The position numbers were made by a program, and so were the translations under genes. Positions 48,147-54,977 of a stretch of DNA of 54,977 nt are shown in pieces. The notes under the pieces are model-generated. The model had not been told where the DNA came from. It searched no databases and saw nothing but the letters and a program-made list of their open reading frames with translations. Numbering within the stretch: position 1 is the first letter of the stretch; every line of letters begins with the position of its first letter. This stretch comes from an uncultured Bacilli bacterium (GTDB lineage: Bacteria > Bacillota_I > Bacilli_A > RF39 > UBA660), in NCBI GenBank assembly GCA_944372455.1, contig CALVZF010000003.1, positions 1-54,977 on the forward strand, written 5' to 3'.

Positions 48147-49121
48147 TTAATTTTGAAAATTTATTTGTTCTTCCATTATTAATGGATATCGTATTAGTTC
48201 ATTTCCATTTAAATTTTCTTTATGCATATTTACTGCACTAATTTGATGATTATCATAAGTTGTGTAATAATAAATACCTTTATTTATATTGCAACATGAG
48301 GTATAAAGAGTGATTTCATACTTTCCATTGCCTAAATCACAACATCCTCTTTGTTGTTCAACAGAATTAAGAATATGAAAAAATTGACTAACACTATTCA
48401 TTTCGTTATCTGAAGAAACAGAGTTCATTTTTGTGAAAGCTACTCTTACAAATCTAGATTGGGATGACAAATCTCCAGGAAGTCCTATTGCACCCATTCC
48501 ACGACTATATTCTTGTAAATCAAGTCCTCTTGCAAACTTAGACTCTGGAGACTTTGGAGATAAATTTATATAATTATTCAAACTAAACATTTGTACATCA
48601 AATGGAGGATTATTTGTTAAAACCCCTATTGGATTTTCATAAATTTTAATGCCCTCTTTTACCGCTTCAACAGTTATAGATTCTGTACTATCCGAAATAA
48701 TCCAATGAAGCATTGCTACTGGTAAATCATTATTAAATGTGACATTTAATAAATTTATTTTTCTAATTAAATTTTGGGCTTCTTTTACAGTAGTACATTG
48801 ACTTAGAATCCATGGAATAAATTCAAATTGGGCAATATTATCTTTTCCTTTTATACTTTCATTGTACGATGCATTACCGACAAAATTTAGTCCAGCTATA
48901 GCTAACCCTTTTTCATTAATTGCATCATAATATAGTGGATAATTATTTATAACATGGGCCATTCCAATTATTGCGTAATTAGATTTTATACTCTTTTTTT
49001 CTCTAAAGTTAAATATATAGTTTCTAGGAGTAATAGTAACTTCATCTCCGTACGAAAACTCATAATCTAAAGTACGCCCAAAATAAAAATCTTTCGTCTT
49101 ATAAGTTGCTGCTGTACACAT
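48147..49121 (-). CDS. bsh: Choloylglycine (bile salt) hydrolase
   Basis: N-terminal nucleophile MCTA, FGRTLD, NEKGL..AGLNF, VLTNNPPF, YSRGMG..GLPGDLSS.SRF. Confidence 0.93.
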   Translation of the reverse strand: MCTAATYKTKDFYFGRTLDYEFSYGDEVTITPRNYIFNFREKKSIKSNYAIIGMAHVINNYPLYYDAINEKGLAIAGLNFVGNASYNESIKGKDNIAQFEFIPWILSQCTTVKEAQNLIRKINLLNVTFNNDLPVAMLHWIISDSTESITVEAVKEGIKIYENPIGVLTNNPPFDVQMFSLNNYINLSPKSPESKFARGLDLQEYSRGMGAIGLPGDLSSQSRFVRVAFTKMNSVSSDNEMNSVSQFFHILNSVEQQRGCCDLGNGKYEITLYTSCCNINKGIYYYTTYDNHQISAVNMHKENLNGNELIRYPLIMEEQINFQN

Positions 49122-49173
49122 AAAATTTTCTCCTTTTCTTTTATAAAACCTAAATATTAATTTAATTAATAAA

Positions 49174-50193
49174 TTATTTTTCTTTTTTATTATTGAAAAA
49201 CCTATGAATTAAAAATTTATTATTCTTTTTCTTTGCTTCTAATGGTTCAGATTTTTTTAGTAGAAAATATATTATAGGTTGACTTAACATTCTTGAAAAA
49301 AATCTAGTTGTTCTTTTAGTTTCTTTATCAACTCTATTATAATATGTTTCTAATGTATCATGTCTAAAATGCAAAATATCGTTTAATTTGTCGCCATCTA
49401 GAAAATATCCACAATGAAAATTCTTTTCTGCAAAAGCCATATCTTTCAAATATTTAATATTTAAACCATATATTTTAAACATATTAGTTAAGAATTCTCT
49501 ATAGGTTGTTCTACATTTTTCTCCACCGCCTAAATTGAAAATTTTGTGTTTTAATTCTTTTTCATATTCTATAGATTTTACAAATGCTGTAGCTGTATCA
49601 ATTGTAGTAGCTATTTCTAATTTAGTATCTAGTGGCATGTGAAACATCAATGGATCAATATCTGGTCTTCCCATTATACCAGTAAGTCTAAAAATAGTAT
49701 AATTAATTTTAGAACTTATTATCATCTTTTCAGTTTCTATTTTAGTTAATGCATAATAATCCCCTTCACTTGGATTTAAATCATCACCTACTTTTATCCA
49801 GGGATTACTAATTCTATCTCCATAAACACTAACAGAAGAAGAATAAACTAAAAAACAATTTTTATTTGTTTCGTTAATCGCATCTACAATATTTTTAGTA
49901 CCAAAATAATTTACTTTTCTAGTTAGTTCTGGATTTTTATCCGCTAATGGAGGAATAACAGCAGCTAAATGGATAACAACATCTTTACCCTTAACTAAAG
50001 TTTTAATCAGTTCATAATCATTTATTGAACCATATACTATGTTTATAACATTTTTATAAATTTCTAATCTTTTTCTTGATTTTTTATTATCTAAATCTAA
50101 AACAGTAATTTCATATTTATTTTTTTTCATTAATTGTTTTAGTGTCTCATATCCTATACTACCTGCTGCTCCAGTAATTAAAATTTGTTTCAT
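49174..50193 (-). CDS. Extended SDR, NAD-dependent epimerase/dehydratase (3-beta-HSD-like)
   Basis: TGAAGSIG, HLAA.IPP, SSVSVYG and YALTK. Likely start MKQIL. Confidence 0.88.
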   Translation of the reverse strand: MKQILITGAAGSIGYETLKQLMKKNKYEITVLDLDNKKSRKRLEIYKNVINIVYGSINDYELIKTLVKGKDVVIHLAAVIPPLADKNPELTRKVNYFGTKNIVDAINETNKNCFLVYSSSVSVYGDRISNPWIKVGDDLNPSEGDYYALTKIETEKMIISSKINYTIFRLTGIMGRPDIDPLMFHMPLDTKLEIATTIDTATAFVKSIEYEKELKHKIFNLGGGEKCRTTYREFLTNMFKIYGLNIKYLKDMAFAEKNFHCGYFLDGDKLNDILHFRHDTLETYYNRVDKETKRTTRFFSRMLSQPIIYFLLKKSEPLEAKKKNNKFLIHRFFNNKKEK

Positions 50194-50284
50194 AAAACCA
50201 TCTCCTGAATTAATATTCAATTTAATTATAGTCCAATATTTAAAATTATTAAACATAAATTATTAATTTTTACTAATATTATTA

Positions 50285-50560
50285 ATGGTGAGTATTATGG
50301 ATCTTAAGAAAACTTTTGGAAAAAATATGAGATATTATAGATTTTTAAGAGGTTATACACAAGAAGAATTTGCAAAAAAAACTTTTTCAAGTGTTACTTA
50401 TATAAGTAATATTGAAAACGGAAAAAATAGTCCCTCGTTTACTAAAATTGAAATTTTTTCCAAAATATTAGATGTTCCTACTAAATATCTTTTTGATAGT
50501 AAAATAAATAATTTTATGATAGAAAAAGATATTAGAAAGCATCGTAATAAAAAAGAATAA
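50285..50560 (+). CDS. XRE-family HTH regulator
   Basis: FGKNMRYYR..RGYTQEEFA...YISNIENGK. Confidence 0.85.
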   Translation: MVSIMDLKKTFGKNMRYYRFLRGYTQEEFAKKTFSSVTYISNIENGKNSPSFTKIEIFSKILDVPTKYLFDSKINNFMIEKDIRKHRNKKE

Positions 50561-50676
50561 TTTTAAAATTTAATTACATATATTTTTAAATTTTAAATAT
50601 ATAAAAGTTAAATTTTCTTTCTTTTTACGTTTTGACAAAATCCTAACAATTTATTTTTATTATTGTTGGTGATTTA

Positions 50677-52452
50677 ATGAATAAAAGAGAAATGATTAAA
50701 GCTTTTAATAATGAGTTTACTTTAGAATATATAGATTTTAATAAAGAACAGTATTTAAAAAACAAGTATGAAGAACTTTTTAATTCAATAAAAAAAACTA
50801 AGGATTATATAAAGAATAAGAATTATTGTAACTTTATATATAATTATAATAATATTGATGAATATGTAAAATATAAAAACAAAAAATTTATAGAAAAAGA
50901 ACTTTTTGAATCTAGAATGCTATTTAATAATATAAATGGTTTTAGCCTAGATGAATTTCAAAGAAAAGCAATTATAACTGATGAGGTAAGTAATCTTGTA
51001 ATTGCAGGAGCTGGTAGTGGAAAAACTCTTACAATGATTGGAAAAGTAAAATATTTGATAGAAAGACAAAATGTAAAAGAAGAAGAAATATTATGTATCT
51101 CTTTTACAAATGAAACTGTTAAAAGTTTACAATCTAAAATTAATAAAGATTATAATGTTGACATTTATACTTTTCATAAATTAGCGCTTAATATTATTAA
51201 AACTATTAATAAAAATGTTAATATCTCCCTTGAATCTTATCTTAAATATATTATTGATGAATATTTTTTAATTATTAAAGATTTTGAAATTGTACAAAAA
51301 TATATATTAGTTTATTTTGATGAATATACTGGTAAAAAAAGAATAAATAAAAGTTATTGTAATTTAATTAAAAGTAGAAAATTTGGTTCATTTAAAAAAC
51401 TGATTCAAAAATTTATTTTATTATTAAAATCAAATAATTATACTATTAATGATATTGATATCTTTTTAAATAGAAATGTAAAAGAATTTAAGTTAGAAAA
51501 GCAATATAAAAATAAGATATTTTTAAAGTTAGTATTTAACATTTTTAAAATTTATAATGCTGAACTTTTATCCACAATGTCTGTGGATTTTGATGATATG
51601 ATTAATCAAGCAAGTGAGATAATTAAAGATAGAAAAGTTAATTTAAAATATAAATATATTATAATTGATGAATACCAAGATATTTCATTTACTAGATTTA
51701 ATTTAATTTTAAATATGATAAAATGTTTTAAATGTAAACTAATAGCTGTTGGAGATGATTATCAATCAATTTATAGATTTACAGGATGTGATATAAATTT
51801 ATTTTTAGATATTGAAAAATATTTTGAAAGAGTATCAATTTTAAAAATACAAAATACTTATAGAAATTCTCAAGAGTTAATTGATACTGCAGAAAACTTT
51901 ATTACAAGAAATCCATTCCAAATAAAAAAACACTTAGTTTCAATGAAAAGTGTTAGAAAACCAATTAAGGTTATTTTTAATAATAATTTAAAATCAACTT
52001 TTGAAAAAATAATTTTATATATTTATAATAAACATTTAGCCCCTATACTTATTCTGGGAAGAAATAATGACGATATATATGAATTTATGGATAATACTAA
52101 ATTTATAATAAATAGTGATGGAACAATAATATATATTAAAAATCAACATATGAAGCTTAAATATTTAACTGTTCATAAATCTAAAGGTTTGGAAGAAGAG
52201 GTAGTTGTAGTAATTAACATGAAAAATGAATTATTGGGTTTTCCTAATAAAATAGAAGATGATAAAGTTTTAAGTTTAATTAATAAAAAATCTAAATATT
52301 TATATGATGAAGAGCGTAGACTTTTTTATGTAGCACTTACTAGAACTAAAAGTTTGGTTTATCTTTTAGCTTCTAAGAATAATATTTCTATATTTTTAAA
52401 AGAAATTTTAAAAGATGACAATGTTGATATTTTAAAATTTAATAATATCTAG
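50677..52452 (+). CDS. UvrD/helicase IV-like SF1 DNA helicase
   Basis: AGAGSGKT, TFH, IDEYQD, GDDYQSIYRF, TVHKSKGLE and EERRLFYVALTR. Confidence 0.92.
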   Translation: MNKREMIKAFNNEFTLEYIDFNKEQYLKNKYEELFNSIKKTKDYIKNKNYCNFIYNYNNIDEYVKYKNKKFIEKELFESRMLFNNINGFSLDEFQRKAIITDEVSNLVIAGAGSGKTLTMIGKVKYLIERQNVKEEEILCISFTNETVKSLQSKINKDYNVDIYTFHKLALNIIKTINKNVNISLESYLKYIIDEYFLIIKDFEIVQKYILVYFDEYTGKKRINKSYCNLIKSRKFGSFKKLIQKFILLLKSNNYTINDIDIFLNRNVKEFKLEKQYKNKIFLKLVFNIFKIYNAELLSTMSVDFDDMINQASEIIKDRKVNLKYKYIIIDEYQDISFTRFNLILNMIKCFKCKLIAVGDDYQSIYRFTGCDINLFLDIEKYFERVSILKIQNTYRNSQELIDTAENFITRNPFQIKKHLVSMKSVRKPIKVIFNNNLKSTFEKIILYIYNKHLAPILILGRNNDDIYEFMDNTKFIINSDGTIIYIKNQHMKLKYLTVHKSKGLEEEVVVVINMKNELLGFPNKIEDDKVLSLINKKSKYLYDEERRLFYVALTRTKSLVYLLASKNNISIFLKEILKDDNVDILKFNNI

Positions 52453-53173
52453 TATTTTTTTTAAATAGTTCATAAAACATTTCAGGATAACTGCATACAA
52501 AAGTTGTTTTATTAAATATTATATCTCTATTTGCATTAGAATTTTTATGAAAAAATTCAAAAACTAACATTAAATCATTACCATCAACAACTTTAACCAT
52601 AATTTCTTTTCCTAAATTTAATTGTTGTAATATTATTTCTTCATTTAACATTTCACTACTTAAAACGTAATAATCTGTAGTTATATAAGTTAAATCATTA
52701 GGAGCTATTTCCCATCCAATTTTAAAACTTTTTATTTGATTAATCATGTAATCTATTAATAATCTATTTGTACTATGTAATGAGATATTTAAATTTTTAT
52801 GTTTTTCTACTATATCTTTAATTTTAGAAATATATTCCCAATTTTTTTGATTAATTAATTTAATAGTAGATTCAGATAGTGGTGGAATGATAATTGGGGT
52901 AACATTTATAACTATTTTTTTAGTCCAAGTATCTAATCTATTAAGTAGAGTATCTAGTTCTATTATACAGGTTTTATCTAGTTTTTCTATTGTATTATTT
53001 TGTAAATCTTCTAATGATAAGTTATCTTTAGGATCTATACTGTATGCTATAATGTTACCATCTTTTGATTGAACAATATATATATACATTCCATTAATAT
53101 AGGTACTTTTTTCTACTATATCAAGAAAATTTACAGGATTAGAAATATTATTTTTATATGCAATTATACTCAT
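52439..53173 (-). CDS. Hypothetical protein, possibly a degenerate phosphodiesterase-like barrel
   Basis: 244 aa. SKDG motif and overall layout loosely recall GDPD, without the catalytic His residues. Confidence 0.65.
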   Translation of the reverse strand: MSIIAYKNNISNPVNFLDIVEKSTYINGMYIYIVQSKDGNIIAYSIDPKDNLSLEDLQNNTIEKLDKTCIIELDTLLNRLDTWTKKIVINVTPIIIPPLSESTIKLINQKNWEYISKIKDIVEKHKNLNISLHSTNRLLIDYMINQIKSFKIGWEIAPNDLTYITTDYYVLSSEMLNEEIILQQLNLGKEIMVKVVDGNDLMLVFEFFHKNSNANRDIIFNKTTFVCSYPEMFYELFKKNTRYY

Positions 53174-53226
53174 ATCTTATCACCTATTTAATTTTATGTT
53201 TTTTACCTATTAAAATTCATAAAATT

Positions 53227-53445
53227 AAAAGGACATATATTATATGCCCTTTAAAAAGTTTCGGAGTGAGAATTTATTGTATATTTATGACTCGGAATAA
53301 GCAGTAACACATCATTATTCCATGTCTTTTTGTAAGGTTTGTAAATTTTAAATTAGTTATGTAATTTTTAGGAGTGAGAAAACATAACTTTTTAACAACG
53401 ATATCTTATAATATCTATATAATCATCTACCATCTCCTTTCTTAC
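53227..53445 (-). ncRNA. Candidate small regulatory RNA with two anti-SD motifs
   Basis: TATACT -10 box, upstream 11-bp tandem repeat, two TTCTCACTCC copies (one in a hairpin loop) and a terminator at 53227-53252. No ORF longer than a short peptide. Confidence 0.45.
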
Positions 53446-53466
53446 AATACAAGTATATAAAAAGAA

Positions 53467-53488
53467 TATGGGATAATTATGGGATAAT
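53467..53488 (-). promoter_or_regulatory. Perfect 11-bp tandem repeat, candidate OmpR-family binding site
   Basis: TATGGGATAAT twice (ATTATCCCATA on the minus strand), located where a -35 box would be. Confidence 0.55.
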
Positions 53489-53492
53489 AAAT

Positions 53493-54017
53493 TTAAATTG
53501 TGAAATTCTTAACTAATTGAAACATTTCAATATGTAGAGGATCTTTACCAAAAACTAATTTATTATCTTTTCTTTTAATTCTTCTAATTAAAGAGTCAAT
53601 ACTATAAAATTTTAATTTTGTAAGTTCTTCTTTTTGAATTGTAAAATCTTTTATTTGTTTATTAGTTTTTAAAACATAAATGTAAATAAAAGCTTTATTT
53701 GTTTTATCTTTCTTTATGTATATTTCTAAAAATCTTAAATCTTTTGAATTTACAGATAATCCAATTTCTTCTTTTAACTCTCTTACTGCTGTTAATTTTG
53801 GAGTATCACCACTTTTAACATGTCCTGCCATAAGTCCCCACTTTCCAGGATAGTTATGTCTTTTATAACTTCTTTTTTGAAGTAAAATTTTATTCTTTTT
53901 GTTTATTACTATTACAACTGCTTCTCTATGCCATAATCCTAATTTATGTACTTCTTTTCTATCTAACTTTTGTCCTGTTGCTTTATTGTTCTCATCATAT
54001 ATATCTAATAATTCCAT
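53493..54017 (-). CDS. NUDIX hydrolase
   Basis: GLWHR, LLQKRS, PGKW and Nudix box GHV..G......AVRELKEEIG. Confidence 0.92.
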   Translation of the reverse strand: MELLDIYDENNKATGQKLDRKEVHKLGLWHREAVVIVINKKNKILLQKRSYKRHNYPGKWGLMAGHVKSGDTPKLTAVRELKEEIGLSVNSKDLRFLEIYIKKDKTNKAFIYIYVLKTNKQIKDFTIQKEELTKLKFYSIDSLIRRIKRKDNKLVFGKDPLHIEMFQLVKNFTI

Positions 54018-54018
54018 T

Positions 54019-54720
54019 TTATCTTTGTTCTCTACTTTCTATATAGTCTATATAATCTGCTACACTATTAAATTTAATATTACATACTTTTAATAAATCT
54101 TTTGTTGAATTTTTCATACATGCTCCATTAAATTCATTTATCATATTTATATCATTAATAGTATCTCCAATAGTATAGATTTTTTCAAAATTTAATAAAC
54201 TTTTTAAAAACAATATACCATTAGTTTTTGTTACTGATTTTTCAGTTATATTAATCCAATTATCACTAATATATCCATGTATATTACTATATTTTGAAGT
54301 TAATTCAACTAATAAATTTTTTGAAAATGCACTATCAATTTCTTTTATTATTATTGCATTTACTTCATTTTCAATTTTTTTAGAATAGTCATATCCAGTA
54401 TCTATAAAGGTTATATCTAAAAGATTTTTTACTTCTAGATCTTTAAAGATACTTTGAGCGGTAAGTAAATCTATATCTTTTTTATACAATAATTTACCAT
54501 TATTATTAAATATGGTTCCACCATCATTACATATTAAATAATTGAAAGGTATGTTATATTTCATTATCATTTTACTTATGTCAATGTAACTTCTTCCAGT
54601 GGCAATTACAAATAAGTTTCCTCTATTAATAAACTCATTTATTTTTTCTATATTTTTTTTAATTTGTTCATCACTTGTATAAAGAGTATTGTCGTAATCT
54701 GAAACTAATACTTTTTGCAT
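54019..54720 (-). CDS. HAD-superfamily hydrolase (Cof/IIB)
   Basis: SDYDNTL, ATGR, K..G and GDTINDINM. Confidence 0.92.
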   Translation of the reverse strand: MQKVLVSDYDNTLYTSDEQIKKNIEKINEFINRGNLFVIATGRSYIDISKMIMKYNIPFNYLICNDGGTIFNNNGKLLYKKDIDLLTAQSIFKDLEVKNLLDITFIDTGYDYSKKIENEVNAIIIKEIDSAFSKNLLVELTSKYSNIHGYISDNWINITEKSVTKTNGILFLKSLLNFEKIYTIGDTINDINMINEFNGACMKNSTKDLLKVCNIKFNSVADYIDYIESREQR

Positions 54721-54787
54721 AAGGTGCTCCTTTCTATTTATACTAATAATAGTATATCAAAAAATTCAATTTTTGTATTATTTTTTA

Positions 54788-54815
54788 TTGACAAATGAAT
54801 ATAATATGGTATAAT
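54788..54815 (+). promoter_or_regulatory. SigA promoter of tRNA-Gly(TCC)
   Basis: TTGACA, 16 bp, extended TGgTATAAT. Confidence 0.75.
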
Positions 54816-54835
54816 TTATATTGCCTACTGATTTT

Positions 54836-54909
54836 GCAGACGTAGTTTAATGGTAGAACCTCAGCCTTCCAAGCTGACTGCGTGGGTCCGATTCCCATCG
54901 TCTGCTCCA
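54836..54909 (+). tRNA. tRNA-Gly (TCC)
   Basis: Acceptor GCAGACG/CGTCTGC, anticodon loop CTTCCAA and encoded CCA. Confidence 0.95.
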
Positions 54910-54977
54910 GTGACGTTTCTGTTCGAACTTTTATAGTTTGAACTTGAGATACATATCAATCCGTTCGGGTTGATTTT

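Noticed and set aside
45012-54909. A single 10-kb island bounded by the two tRNA-Gly genes
   Set aside because: They are different isoacceptors, each with its own promoter, and share little more than the short GCTCCA end.
1-54977. CRISPR arrays, rRNA genes, IS transposases and reverse transcriptases
   Set aside because: No regularly spaced repeats or matching protein motifs were seen.

Overview
Very AT-rich chromosomal segment from a low-GC Firmicute, probably a reduced-genome gut Bacilli lineage (an inference from gene content, not a determined taxonomy). Most of it is housekeeping: the SRP cluster ftsY-ylxM-ffh, glycolipid synthases, RNase J2, pdp, the suf operon, prsA, tsaEBD, a CssRS-like two-component system, uppP, bsh, a helicase and two tRNA-Gly genes. 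The main result is at the left end. A CotD-family spore-coat gene is split in two (5' half 4102-4392, 3' half 110-241) by a 3,860-bp element carrying a large serine recombinase, a candidate directionality factor, a MazEF toxin-antitoxin pair and a nonsense-inactivated Fic gene. The junctions share a 3-bp core and symmetric 11-bp inverted repeats, and precise excision restores a 140-aa reading frame (...HEVP|HICP...). This has the layout of a skin-like element that is excised during sporulation, here in a coat structural gene. Other points of note are an ssb gene with an ATT start, two unannotated YjcZ/SscA-type sporulation peptides and a candidate response-regulator-controlled sRNA with two anti-Shine-Dalgarno motifs. 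There is also a pair of sortase substrates with near-identical C-termini and divergent N-termini, a P-type ATPase homologue lacking its catalytic motifs, two paralogous orphans inside the suf operon and a decayed islet at tRNA-Gly. All calls come from reading the sequence and recognising motifs; no searches were run.
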